Source: Octopus sinensis (Eukaryota). Taken from it: 64,000 nt of DNA. The notes beneath the pieces were generated by a model. The model searched no databases, was not told where the DNA came from, and saw nothing but the letters and a program-made list of their open reading frames with translations. The DNA is taken from positions 3,844,001 to 3,908,000 of the forward strand of contig NC_043000.1 of the NCBI RefSeq assembly GCF_006345805.1. Direction: 5' to 3'. Positions 37,507-51,336 of this stretch are shown one piece after another. A program made the position numbers and the translations under genes. The first letter of the stretch is position 1, and each line of letters begins with the position of its first letter.

Positions 37507-38935
37507 ATATATTATATATATATATATACACACACATCTATATATACATATGTGTGTGTATAACCCTCCTTCTCTCTCCTCTCTTCCTCTCACACCTACT
37601 TCCTCCCACCCACCTCTCCTCTCTTGCTCTGGCACCTACTTCCTCTTTTCACTCCTACACACCTCCCTTCCACCCTCTCCCTTCATCGTCACCCCTCCCT
37701 TGTCCCCCCACATTCCAACCCCGCCATCCCTATACATCCTATCCCACCCCACCCCATCCCTTAGCCTCCCCCTGCTTCCCCCACTCTCAACTCCTCTACA
37801 CCCCCACACCACACACACCACACCACATCACCCCGCACACACTAGCACTGACCACTTCCCAGCACCTACACCATCATCCACATACCTGCACATGTCATGG
37901 TCACCAGCCCCCTTCCACTTGCACATACATGCTCCCACATACACATGCATGCACACCTTCGTTTTGGGATCACCACTACTTTATCATCTCCTCTTCTTCC
38001 TAGCTCTCCTGTGTGACCCCTCTGTCCGGCATTCAACATGATAGATCGCTAGCCACTAAACCTTTTTCTATTTTCTCTCCCTATTTATTTCTGTGTTCCT
38101 TTCTGTCAAAGAGCATAGGCTTGAAACGTAAAAGACTTTCTCACTTCCTGAATGTTAAACTAATAAATCTTTTTCTTGTTTACACACCTGTCTTTGTCTT
38201 TTGATTTTTTTTGTAAATTCTCACAATATATATATATATATTTGTATAAAATATTGTACATTTAAACACAAGAGAAAACTACCTTCAACAAGCAGTTTTT
38301 ACACGCTAGAAGTAGTCAAAAACGACCAAAACCACATTTTAAGAGCAATCTTCAAAAGGAATGAAAAACTTTTACCTTGTTATTTTATTCTGGTCAGATC
38401 TAGATTTCTAAATTTTTTAGCAAATAAAATAATTTGCTAGGCGAAATTTTTCATCAGTGACTGCACCATAACACTAACATATAATTAAAAGATGATTAAC
38501 ACGTGTCTCTTCGTTATACATTATAATTTTTTAATTTCACCGCGCAAGCGCAGTATCAGTCAGCAGTAAGTGAATGACTACCAAACTAATATTTATATGT
38601 GTGTGTCTGTGTATATATTGTATTGCATCACCCTAATTAGACTGTATATGTATATATTCCATTTTGTAACTTGCATTCTTTTTCATTACACCACACTGAT
38701 TAAGTTGTGTATGTATATAATCCATGTTGTAATTAATCTAACAGTTAATGTTGTCACCATACTGCTCTACAATGTGTGTCATGTCACAGTGACTTGTCTT
38801 TATTATTTACTAGAGATTGTAGACTTTAAAAATTGTTTTCTTATAGTAAAAATTACATACTCCTAACTTATTAATAACCAGCTTTCCCTCATTATCTATA
38901 AATAACTGTATCTCATTAAGTGTGTTTTCCTGTTA

Positions 38936-39582
38936 TCTCTCTATATCATCATCATCATCATCATCGTTTAACATCCGTTTTCCGCGCTAGCACGGGTTGG
39001 ACGGTTCGACCGGGGTCTGGGAAGCCAGGGGCTGCTCCAGGCTCCAGTCTGATCTGGCAGAGTTTCTACGGCTGGATGCCCTTCCTAACGCCAACCACTC
39101 CGCGAGTGTAGTGGGTGCTTTTTACGTGCCACCTGCACAGGTGCCAGGGGGGGTCCGGCATCGGTCACGATCGGTTGGAGCTTTTAACGTGCCAGCGGCA
39201 CGGAAGCCAGCCAAGGCGGCGCTAAACGGCAAAATGTCTGTCTGTGTGTGTGTCCTTTATATAAATCCACAAGTTTTCAGTTAGAGGGCTCGCACTTTCT
39301 ATGGTCATTCAAAACCGTCCAAGGGCGGTCGTGCACATCTTTATATTTCCCCAGTCACCCAGCAAAGCCATTAAAAAATCAATAGAAGTGACTTTTTTGT
39401 GAATTTTCTATCCAAAACCCAATCAAAATGCCCAAAACTTGATACGCCAATTGAATACCAGCTAGCTGTATGTGATTGGTCGGAGATTTGGACAGTACTC
39501 GCGTGTATGTGCGCACGCACGCACGCAGCTGTATATGCATGCACTAGCACTATGATCCGGTGTTGCCGCGTCATAGTGCTAG
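38936..39582 (+). mobile_element. Helitron-like element with family C inserted near its 5' end (38947-39223)
   Basis: A|TC start, body matches 17620-17890, ends with a hairpin and CTAG|T. Confidence 0.7.
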
Positions 39583-39994
39583 TCATATATAATAGCAGGA
39601 GCCATAGCGTTGTAGTATTTAATTGCTGATTTCAAATCCTGCCAGTCGAATACTAAGGTCTGTTTAATTAACTCTCCTCTCGACCACCATCATCCCTACT
39701 CAACTTTGTGGTTTTGTGTCCCTATTAGAAATCATTATTTAGTGGTACTCTGTTCAATAACACCACTATCCATGACAAAAACAAAAAAAAAGCAACCCTC
39801 TGTTTTAATCATCATCATCATCATCATCGTCCGCTTTCCATGCTAGCATGGGTTGGACTGTTCAACTGGGGTCTGGGAAGCCAGAAGGCTGCATCAGGCC
39901 CAGTCTGATCTGGCAGTATTTCTACAGCTGGATGCCTTTCCTAATGCCAACCACTTTGTGAGTGTAAATGTTAGACATTATTATTTACTATTAA

Positions 39995-40202
39995 CCTTTT
40001 TGATACCCACCTGCCTAAAACTGCTTCTAGTTATGTGATACAAACTTCCTTTTTAAATTAAAACCCTCAATTAAAATTTCATGTTAATTCATGTTCCAAA
40101 CACCAGCTTAATAATAACAATTATTTATTAAATTCTTCATTGTTTTCAAAATTACTTGAAACAAAGACAGTGTATACCAAGAGAAATATGGTAACAAAAG
40201 AG
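39995..40202 (+). mobile_element. piggyBac-type MITE (family of 62026), diverged
   Basis: TTAA flanks and internal similarity to 62026..62246; another decayed copy at ~53155-53310. Confidence 0.7.
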
Positions 40203-40522
40203 TTAAAAGGTGCGAGGAATGATTGAGTTAGTAGAAAGTTGCATATGTAATTAGACATGTAATACAATAGACTCAATTATCATCATCATCATTATCATCA
40301 CTTTTCCAATCTTGCATGAGTCAGAGTTTGTTGAGGCAGATTTTCTACTGCTGGATGCCTTCCCTGTCAGTGACCCTCACCTGTTTCCAAGCAAGGTAAT
40401 ATTTCTCCATGGCCAGACATATTCTTGCAGAATATTGGAAATCAATGAATCGGTTTATATGACAGTGACAACCGTTTTACAACTATCACATGATGTCAAG
40501 ACAAGACAAGGAAGTCACAAAT

Positions 40523-41124
40523 GACGGTGGCGACCTGGCATAAATGTTTGCACGCCGGGCAAAATGCTTAGCGGTATTTCCTCTGCCATTACGTTCTGAG
40601 TTCAAATTCCACCAAGGTCGACTTTGCCTTTCATCCTTTTGGGATCGATAAATTAAGTACCAGTTACGCACTGGGGTCGATGTAATCGACTTAATTCCTT
40701 TGTCTGTCCTTGTTTATCCCCTCTACGATTAGCCCCTTGTAGGTAATAAAGAAATAGGTATTTCGTCTGCCATTACGTTCTGAGTTCAAATTCCACCGAG
40801 GTCGACTTTGCCTTTCATCCTTTTGGGATCGATAAATTAAGTACCAGTTATGCACTGGGATTGGTGTAATCGACTTAATACCTTTGTCTGTCCTTGTTTG
40901 TCCCCTCTATGTTTAGCCCCTTGTAGGTAATAAAGAAATAGGTATTTCGTCTGCCATTACGTTCTGAGTTCAAATTCTGCTGAGGTCGACTTTGCCTTTC
41001 ATCCTTTTGGGGTCGATAAATTAAGTACCAGTTACGCACTGGGGTTGGTGTAATCGACTTAATACCTTTGTCTGTCCTTGTTTGTCCCCTCTATGTTTAG
41101 CCCCTTGTAGGTAATAAAGAAATA
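40523..41124 (+). mobile_element. Family A SINE trimer
   Basis: Junctions at 40756/40757 and 40940/40941 (184-bp units); ~14-bp TSD aaggaag(t/a)cacaaa. Confidence 0.92.
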
Positions 41125-41167
41125 AGGAAGACACAAACATGTACACAGCCACACACACATCCATGTA

Positions 41168-41380
41168 CAGGGTGGCCCAAAAGTAGATTTACAGTTATCA
41201 CATAAGCACCTTAAATTTCTTTTAAAACATTTTATTACATTTAAATTTCTATCTTACAAACTGAAAGGGAACTTGGTAAAATTAACTAAATTAGCATAGA
41301 ATAATGGTTTCAAATTTTTTCATAATTAAGGTCTAATCTGTTAATATATGAATGCGAAAGAGATCGTTTTGGGCCACCTT
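41168..41380. mobile_element. Tc1/mariner-type MITE
   Basis: TA|CAGGGTGGCCCAAAA ... TTTTGGGCCACCTT. Confidence 0.75.
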
Positions 41381-42170
41381 ATATACATATCTTATATGAC
41401 AGGTTTCTTTTAGTTTCTGTCTACCAAATCCACTCACAAGACTTTTGTTGGCTCAGGGCTATGACAGAAGACAGTTGCTCCAGATGGAATTGAAACCAGA
41501 ACCATGTGGTTGGGAAGCCAACTTTTTACGATACTGCCATGCATGTCCTTCATAAATTCACTTTAGGTTTTAATGCAAATCTGTATTAATGTTTCAATAT
41601 TCTGCTAGTATTTTTATATTTTATACTTTATATTGTATCATACATGAACTCATTTTGTAATCACAACCTTAATTCCTGCTATCCATTTGACCACCATCGA
41701 GCATGTCCGTTTATAATATACTCAAATGTAGTTGTTTCAAGTTAAATAAGATAATTATCTAGTCAAGGATTAAAATATAATCTGCTGTAATTAACATTTT
41801 GAAGTCCTTCTCTTTTATTAATGACAGCAATGGAAAACTATCTTCCTTGCTCTATTGGATGTATTTTTAACCAACATGAAACACCTGGGTACTTTACCTA
41901 ACCAACAACTGTTATACTAATAGCCACACTATTAACTCACACACACACACACATATATTGTATAAATATTGTATAAATCAAACACACTATTTATAACTAC
42001 ATCTCGTTGACAATTCTTCTACAGTCTGAATATTCCCAGCTCACAATGAAACCATTGTTACCATGGGTATTCACTAATAATAATAATGATAATATGGCAT
42101 AAGGCCAGCAATTTTGAGAGGAGGGGGTGAGTTACATTGACCCCAGTACTCAACTGGTATTTATTTTATC

Positions 42171-42398
42171 GGCGAGCTGGCAGAGACGTTAGCACGCTGG
42201 GCGAAATGCTTTGCGGCATTTCGTCTGCCACTACGTTCTGAGTTCAAATTCCGCCAAGGTCAACTTTACCTTTCATCCTTTCGGGGTCGATTAAATAAGT
42301 ACCAGTTACGCCCTGGGGTCGATATAATCGACTTAATCCGTTTGTCTGTCCTTGTTTGTCCCCTCTGTGTGTAGCCCCCTGTGGGCAATAAAGAAATA
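42171..42398 (+). mobile_element. Family A SINE inserted into an older antisense A' copy
   Basis: 15-bp imperfect TSD ggtatttattttatc / tgtatttattttgtc. Confidence 0.88.
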
Positions 42399-42994
42399 TG
42401 TATTTATTTTGTCGACTGGATAAATGACAAAATGTCAGCCTTGGCACAATTTAAACTCAGAATGTAAACAGCCAGGAAAATGTTGCTAAGTATTTTGACA
42501 GCGCAGAAATAACTCTGCCAGCTTGGCAACTTACGAGTACTCACTAATTATAATAATAATTCTTTCTACTATAGGTACAGGGCCTGAAAGTTTATGAGTG
42601 AGGGCTAGCTGATTACATCAAACCCAGTGCTTGACTGATACTTATTCCACTGACTGCCAAAGGAATGAAAGGCAAAGTTGAGCTTGGTGAAATTTGAACT
42701 TGGAATGTAAAGATAGATAAAATGCCACTAAATATTTTGTCTGGTGTGCTAATGCTTCTACCAGCTTGCTGCCGTAATCATCATCATCATCATTTCTGAT
42801 TTGGCATGGTTTTCTACAGCTTGATGCCCTTCCTAATGCCAACCACTCCGAGAGTGTAGTGGGTGCTTTTACGTGCCACCAGCATCGGTGCCATTTGTGT
42901 GACACTGGTATATGCCATGTAAGTGATTTTGCTTGGCTTCTTCTTGGGTCTTCTCAAGCATGACATAATGCCAATGATGCTGATTTCAACTTTT

Positions 42995-43379
42995 GGCACA
43001 AGGCCAGCAATTTTAAGGGGTTTGGTAAGTCAGTTATATAGACCCCTCCTCCCCAACACTCAACTGTTACTTTCGTTCTCGACTCTGAAAAGATGAAAGG
43101 TAAAGTTGATTTTGAACTTAGAATACAAAGGTGGATTAAATACCTATTTCTTTATTACCCACAAGGGGCTAAACACAGAGTGGACAAACACGGACAGACT
43201 TAGGGATTAAGTCGATTACATCGACCCCAGTGTGTAACTGGTACTTATTTTCAATTGACCCCAAAAGGATGAAAGGCAAAGTTGACCTCGGCAAAATTTG
43301 AACTCAGAATGTAGCGGCAGATGAAATACTGCTAAGCATTTTTCCTGGTGTGCTAATGATTCTGCCAGTTCACCGCCTT
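42995..43379 (-). mobile_element. Family A chimera: A'' (43145-43379) joined to an older A' body
   Basis: Same aaagaaata|ggtatt junction at 43145/43144. Confidence 0.8.
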
Positions 43380-43386
43380 AATAACG

Positions 43387-43427
<41 letters not shown>

Positions 43428-43904
43428 TTAGTGTTGTTCCCATCTTGTGGTGTTAATAATGATATTTAAGAGATAAGCTGAATGTTAATTAGTCTCTAAC
43501 TTATTTCCTTCTCTTTTACCAAATATATCAAATATATGGTGATAGGCATCATTCCTTGACCACGTGAAAATATCAAAGTAATTTAGGATGCTAATTCTCT
43601 CTTATTGCTTTCTTTACCTTTCCGCCCAAGAGACTGAAGCATAAGTTTTGTTGAAATGTCACTTGTTTATGACATTAAATAATGGTAAACATTGAAAGGT
43701 AAAATAAGTAATACTATTCCATTTTGGAATTGACATACTTCCTAACATATGTCTGTCCCGTCTTTGTTACATATATTCCGGTGACACTCTTGTATTGAGC
43801 CAATCATCTCTCTCTCTCATTAGTACTTGAAATTAATAATTGCTTGTGGTCAGGCTTTCAGGTAGGACAAATTGGTTCTGCTTTTAGGAGTTAAGGTTTA
43901 CAGT

Positions 43905-44100
43905 AAGTAATTTCTACTCTTCTCTTCTGGAAGCCATTTACTTGCAATACCAGAGGGCGCACACTCTCCTACTCTGATGTAATCTCCAGGGATACAGGCA
44001 TCCAGCAACAGGACCTCCGTAATGCCATGATGGACCGTGAAGTCTGGCATAGCATGGTAAATTCCATTGTCTCGACCACAGTCGAACAATGATGATGATG
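43905..44100 (+). mobile_element. 5'-truncated RTE-like LINE with TSD
   Basis: Near-identical to the 3' end of 49384..49942; 12-bp TSD AAGGTTTACAGT. Confidence 0.92.
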
Positions 44101-45763
44101 AAGGTTTACAGTCAAGCATTTGATATAAGCTGTTGATTGTTATAGCCCCAGGTCAGTCTTGATTAAGCAGCCTTGTGATTCAAAGGCATTTCAGCCCTGA
44201 TTAACCCTTTTTCTTTTCTTCTTGTTTTCTTATATCTTTTCTATATTCAGTGCTATGTTGTCCAATTTTTTTTTTAATGATTGTATTAAGAGGGTTGTGG
44301 TGCTGGCTGTACATCATCACTATCATCATCATTATGGCTGTAATATTTTCAGTAGATTTATGTCGTCTGTCTTTACGTTCAAATTCTTCTGAGGTTGACT
44401 TTGCCTTTCATCCTTTTGGGGTCAATAAACTAAGTACCAGTTGTGTACTGGGGTCGATGTAATTGACTTGGCCCCCCCTCTCCAAAAATTTCAGGCCTTG
44501 TGCCTAGAGTAGAAAAGAATTTTTCAGTAAATTTCCGAGATTCTTGTATTGTGCTAACGTCTTTAGAACCACCTGGAGTTACTGAGTGGTTACTACTGAT
44601 TACCACTCATTATCACAACTATTGATATCTCATTTTTTTCATCTTGTCTTGGATGACCGTTTGCTTGAGATAGTTGACACATCTCACTTGCATCAAAAAC
44701 TTGGTTTTTACACTTATCAGGCCCCAAATAGCTGTTTGGGAAACCTGGAAGATAATTCACCAGTTTGCTGTTGTTTAACCCCCAAGTCAAATTTGATTGA
44801 GCAGATTGATGATTAAAAGCATTCCAGTCATGACCACCTTGCCTTTTTGCTCTGTCTAGGATTACATTATCCATTCTATCATGCTCTGACTATAATAACA
44901 GAGGTGGTAATTTGAGGGAGATTTTGCTGTTATGATTAGCTGCTTGAGCAACCATGTAGAGGCTCACTTTGCTAGTATTCAGAGTGTTTATTTGTCAAGA
45001 ATGTAGTACAGGAAAATCCATTTACAGCTGCAGGTTTTGGTACTGTAACTGTGCTAATAATAAATTACATGCAATACTATTTCCTGATAACCTACAAAAA
45101 CAGGTATTTGATCAAGGATTGTATGTTAGTACAAATAAACTGATTATAAGAGACTCCTGATAGGTCAGTTTAGTTGACATTTCACTTTCATAGTTGTCTT
45201 TTCAGAGGTAAAAATATATCTAAATCTATATATCCAAATTAATATTGATTGAAACATTTTAAAGGGAAAACATCATCATTTCTGTTTGTTGGTAAAACAC
45301 AATATTTTGAATGGTTTAGTCCACTGTCATGATACCATACGTGTACACAAACACACACGCGTGCACATGCACACACACATACACATATCTTGAGGCAGTG
45401 AGAGAGTTCCAAGGGTGTGTATGTGTGTCACAGGTGTGGTAAGAAGTTTGCTTCCTAACCACATGGTTTCAGGTTCAGTCCCACTGCAGAGCACTTAGTC
45501 AAGTGTTTCTTCTGTAACCCTAGGCCAACCGAAGCCTTGAGAGTGGATTTGGTGGATGAAAACTGAAAGAAGCCCATTTTGTAAGCAGCGTCCCTTGTTT
45601 CTAATTTTCTGTGAGAACATGTCTAGTTATGGGGAAATATGTCCTTACTTAGAAACAAGTGATGGTTGGTGACAAGAAGGGCATCTGGCCTTAGAAAATT
45701 CCGCTTAGCAAATTCTGTGTGGCTCATGTAAGCATAGAAAACTAGACATTAAAACAATGATGA

Positions 45764-45800
<37 letters not shown>

Positions 45801-48800
45801 TGTTTGAGTTGGGATTGGACTTTTTTTAACGACACCTGACGAAAAGATGAACATAGTCCAAAATATTGCTTTTCTTAGAAATAACTTCATTGTTTTATTG
45901 TTTCTTGTTTCTTTTTTTTAATTCCACACAAAACTCTAACTTCTGCTACAGAATGACCAAAACCTGAATTAAACTCTACTATTACCATCAATGTGGCACA
46001 AACATATCTAAGTCCCCAATCTTTGGTGATTCAGGGGCACTAATTACAAAAATGGGACTTCACATTCATTACTTACTGTATATGGAAAGTTTCATAAAAA
46101 AATAAGAGCAATAATGACAGGGCTTTGGTGGGCCCCAACATGAGAAATGAGCATTTATTTACAGTAAACATTTGACAGTGATTAATGGAGAATACCCTAT
46201 TTTGGGGTCTGTAAGGTGCACCCCAATTTTGACAGGCCTAATCTGCAAGAAAAAACCTGCAGCTAACCCTGAATCCCCGAGCTGAATGTCTCACATATTT
46301 TCATGTATCGGAACCATGAAAATTTAGACTGACAACCTTTGGTAAACTGTTATGGTAGGCTAAGTTATAATATTTACCGTAGAACTACCAAATATTACCA
46401 CTCACCTCCACTGTCACCTGTATTGTCCATCTTTAATGACACTAACCAAGTCTACCCAAAGCCCGACCATCACCATATAAAGAACAGGAGAACTCTTGGG
46501 AGGAATTGTGGGGAAATAAATACAGCACCACCTGACTGGCACCCGTGCTAGTGGAACGTTAAAAGCACCATCCAAGCATGATTGTTGCCAAGGCCGCTGA
46601 CTGGCTCCCGTGCCAGTGGCACATAAAAAGCACCATTCGAGTGTGATCGTTACCAGCGTCACCTTACTGGCACATGAAAAACAACATTCGAGCGAGGTTG
46701 TTGCCAGTGCCGCTGGACTGGCTCCTGTGCAGGTGGCACATAAAAAACACCATTTGAGCGTGGCCGTTGCCAGTACCACCTGACTGGCCCTCGTGCTGGT
46801 GGCACGTAAAAGCACCTACTACACTCCTGGAGTTGGCGTTAGGAAGGGCATCCAGCTGTAGAAACTCTGCCAGATCAGATTGGAGCCTGGTGCAGCCATC
46901 TGGCTCGCTAGTCCTCAGTCAAACCATCCAACCCATGCCAGCATGGAAAGCAGACGTTAAACGATGATGATGATAGTGTATATGCCGGATAATATAGTAA
47001 ATTTTGTTTTTCCCTTAATCTTTATTACCAAGCCTCTCTCACAAGAAAACCCCAATACCTTTGTTCTTATTAGTCATTTATGTTAGATTATATTAGATTA
47101 GCTGCAAGTAAACTGATGTTAGAGGCATCATTTATCACCTGGAGAAATACCTTCAAGCTTGAACTAGCATTAACAACTGGGAGCTTTAAAGAAACCCAAT
47201 TGAATATTATTGATACGACATCCTCATGTCTTATTACTGGTTGACTGGGAGTGATGTTAAATAAAACCCCAGGCCAAGTAATGCTTATTGGTTTACTAAA
47301 GCACTCTTTAGTGCAGTGAGTGAATCATTATGTAAAATTCTTGATGCTGCAATAATTTTGTTCCAGCCCAAACACCAATGAAGGTTATTGTAGATTGCGT
47401 ACAATGTGTCATGTGGTGTGTGTGTGTGTGTGTATATATGTTGTATCAGCCATCTTCTGTGTGCTGTTTGTGGTGTGTTATATATAGATTGTGAGGTTGT
47501 GTCTTGTGCGTGTGTGTGTGTGTGTGTAGGTATGTCATACATTGAGTGATGTGCACAGGTGTGTAGTGATGTGATATGTATGTGTAGATGTGCATAAGGT
47601 GTGCGAGCTGCGTTACATCTTGTGGTTGTATTTTTCATATGTATATTGTATGCGTGTATATTTTATTAGTGCACGTAGTGTAAATTGTGCTTATGTATGT
47701 ATGTATAGGTATGTTTTATATGTGCGTGTGTGGTGTACGTACGTGTGTGTTTTCCTTTCTGCCAGTGCTACACCTGATGCACTTCATCAACATAATCCTG
47801 TTGTGTTTAGAAAGCTAACTTGATCTAATCTGATTTCTCTACCTCATCAAAGCTGTGAGATTTAACATCCACCCCCACCCCCCTGCTCTCTCCCAACTCC
47901 CAGCCATTTATTTGTTCACTATATATATTTCACCAAAATAAGTTTATGGAAAAGCAAAGTAGTTCGTATAATCCTGGGATGCAGAAAGAATTTCAAAGTC
48001 TTTAAGTCTTCAAGCTTTTCAGTTTACATCCATTTCATGTTAAAATCAAGTTAATCCTCCCATAACACTGTGGATTAACTCTTACCCCCATCTGTAGTTG
48101 TAAGCAGATGGGAGACAGATTTTCCCCTGGATGACAGTATGTCACAGATAACTTTTCTCTGCTATATTTGAAAGCTGTATCTCACAGTCGATAGACCTGA
48201 GATAACCTAAAGCAATGTTTTCGTTGTTATTTTTAGCACCAGGTCAGTACTGCTGAAACTGACCTCTGACCAAAGGTCTTCCATCTCTATCAATCCTGTC
48301 AGCCTTATTTCCAGTCATTGTGTTTTAACCCCTATTTTATGTAGTTTGTCTTTTTTCTTTTTTTAAGATTGTAAGTAGTATGTGATTTGAAAATTTAGCT
48401 GCTATTTTTTTTTACTAGGAGGTTGAGCGACCTCATTATAGCGGTTCCCTAGGTGACTTGTGGGAAATGTAGAGAAGTGTAGTCCCACAGTAAATGAAAT
48501 ATTGACATGATATGAACTCACAGCCCATGAGTTCATCTCCTGATACATTAACCACTGATAAACCCATTTCACATTGCTTCATATTTTGCCCCTGTTTGCT
48601 AACGTGTTGGATGACTTTTGTAAAATTTAGCTATTTGCAGTGAACAAGTATATTTGCCAGTTAGATATTAAACTTTCACTATTAAAAAATTCACATTGCC
48701 TTGTTGTTTTGATAATTTTCCTATTTTCTTACTTGGGTCCTCCACTTCTGATAGAATCATAAGGGAACCAGTCTTTTCCATTTGTTGGAGCTGCATACCA

Positions 48801-48842
48801 AAGCTTGGATCTTTGCAATTGATTTGCATGTCCATTTCTTGG

Positions 48843-50175
48843 TTTTTTTAATACTGTTTCTTGCTTTCAAATGACCTTATTTTGAACATCAGAAGCCGAT
48901 TTATCATTTAGCTGGTTCTCTTTTCACCCCTACTAAATAAAGTGCCAAAGTTTTAGCCTCAGACATATAAAAATATATCAAAATCAAGAAATATCTAATT
49001 TAAGGAAATAACAAAAAGGTCCTCGAATGTTAAGTTATTACATATGTAGGTACTGGAAATTTGATGCAGTTGTGGTATTTTAAACACCTTTTTAAACCAT
49101 ACGACAAACAAGGAAGTTCACAAAACATCCTAGAATCACACTGACTCCATATCTGTTCAAGTTTTCCTCTATCTGTTTTTCTTCCCCTTATTTTAAATTT
49201 CCTCGAAGAATTGGTCTTTGCCAGGCCAGATGATCTTGTTTCATGGCAATACCATCTCAGTTTTCTTCATGACTGTTAGATCTTTATGGAGTCAGTGTGA
49301 TTCTAGGATGTTTTGTGACCCTCCTTGTTTGTTGCATGGTTTAAAAGGTGTTTAAAATGCCACAACTGCATCAAATTTCCTGTCATCATCATCATTGTTC
49401 GACTGTGGTCGAGACAATGGAATTTACCATGCTATGCCAGACTTCACAGTCCATCATGGCATTACAGAGGTCCTGTTGCTGGATGCCTGTATCCCTGGAG
49501 ATTACATCAGGGTAGAAGAGTGTGCGCCCTCTGGTATTGCGAGTAGATGGCTTCCAGAGGAGAAGAGTAGAAATTACCTCTTTTTCAGCTCTACAACAAT
49601 GTCCAGCAAACTGGACTCTCTTACCTTTCACAAGAGATGACACAGGTGGTAGTTTCCCATATATTTGCATTTTGGTTGGATGGCGCTTCCACGAGAGATT
49701 TTGAGCTCTCATAAGGAAGCAAGTGTAGGTTCCATCCAACCGCCTCTCAAGCTTCTTTGATAACGTCCAGGTTTCTAAGCCATATAGTAGAATTGGTTTG
49801 ACTGTGGCTTTGAAGATTTCAAGTTTGAAGTCTCTACTTAGATTTGATGACCAGATCTTATGCATGTCATTACAGGCTGACCAGGCCATACCCTTTCTAG
49901 TTAGAAAGTCTTTTCCAGATGATGATATGTATGACCCAAGATATTTCCTGTGCCTACATATGTAATAGCTTAACATTCGAGGACCTTTTTGTTATTTCCT
50001 TAAATTAGATATTTCTTGATTTTGATATATTTTTATATGTCTGAGGCTAAAACTTTGGCTCTTTATTTTAGTAGGGATGAAAGAGAACCAGCTAAATGAT
50101 AAATCTGCTTGTGATGTTCCATGTCATCTACAGTACAAAATAAGGTCATTTGAAAGCAAGAAACAGTATAAAAAT
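48843..50175. repeat. Long inverted repeat (~310-bp arms, ~133-bp spacer)
   Basis: 48843-49151 pairs with 49285-49383 plus 49943-50175. Confidence 0.85.
49384..49942 (-). mobile_element. 5'-truncated RTE-like LINE with an open RT C-terminal frame
   Basis: KYLGSYI...PILLYGLETWTL...QFAGHC; (GAT)n tail; 9-bp TSD ATTTCCTGT. Confidence 0.92.
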
Positions 50176-50920
50176 TAAGTCCGATTCACAAATTGTAATA
50201 CCTGAATATTTTATAGATATAGACAAATTTAAATGTGAAACAATTAGGAAATGAATTCTGTTTATACATTATGGTATTTGAAAATGCATAACTTTCTGAA
50301 TCTTTGATTTTAAGATGAAAAATTTAAACTTCGGTGTTCCAGTAGATATTGACTATATAAGTAGATATTGTGTTCCTGTAGATATTGACTCTTTTAAGAA
50401 ATGAATGAGAAAGTGTGTGTTTGGAGAGAGAGAGAGAGAGAAAATGGAGTGGAGGAGAAATGAAAGGGAAACTAAAGGAGGAAGTATTTGACATTATAAA
50501 TTGACTGTTTCTATACCTCACACTTACACTCCTACTCAACTATCACCTCCTTACAACTGTCAGCCTTTCACCATTCCTTTTCTTGACTCCTCTCTGTTTT
50601 ACTCTGGAGGGACCTCAGATCTGGATTGCTTTCCTTTTGCATGATTTTGGATTTGCCTACAAATTTCTTTAGAAAAGATTTGCTGAGACTTATTCCGGTT
50701 GGTGATGCCTATAGATATTTTAAGGGTAGCGGATTAGCAGAATTGCTGATGTCAGACAAAACTCCTTGTAGTATTTGCTCTGGCTATTTTTTACATTCTG
50801 AGTTCAAATTCTGCCAAGCTCAGCTTTTCTTTTCATCCTACCAGGACCTAATGAAATAGAATACAATGACTTACCCTTTCATCTCAATTTGCGGCTTTTT
50901 GTCTAGGCTGGAAATGATAT

Positions 50921-51325
50921 TACTCTTTACTCTTTTACTTGTTTCGGTCATTTAACTGCGGCCATGCTGGAGCACCGCCTTTAGTTGAGCAAATCGACCC
51001 CAGGACTTATTCTTTGTAAGCCCAGTACTTATTCTATCGGTCTCTTTTGCCGAACCACTAAGTGACGGGGACGTAAACACACCAGCATCGGTTGTCAAGC
51101 AATGCTAGGGAGACAAACACAGACACACATACATATATATATATACATATATACATATATACGACAGGCTTCTTTCAGTTTCCGTCTACCAAATCCACTC
51201 ACAAGGCATTGGTCGGCCCAGGGCTATAGTAGAAGACACTTGCCCAAGATGCCACGCAGTGGGGACTGAACCCGGAACCATGTGGTTGGTTAGCAAGCTA
51301 CTTGCCACACAGCCACTCCTGCGCC
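50921..51325 (-). mobile_element. SINE family B, full length
   Basis: Young copy with complete head and tail. Confidence 0.9.
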
Positions 51326-51336
51326 TATATGTATAT

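Noticed and set aside
37355-38041. 228-aa and 190-aa Pro/His/Thr-rich ORFs
   Set aside because: Low-complexity C-rich and (TA)n sequence with no domain signal.
45830-45875. CTGACGA motif (also CTGAGGA near 60007)
   Set aside because: GAAA is replaced by AAAA and the stems are poor; too decayed to support.
48730-48860. Minus-strand frame NGHANQLQRSKLWYAAPTNGKDWFPYD with a GTAAGA donor
   Set aside because: No acceptor, short, bounded by stops, overlaps the fold-back arm and is not recognisable.
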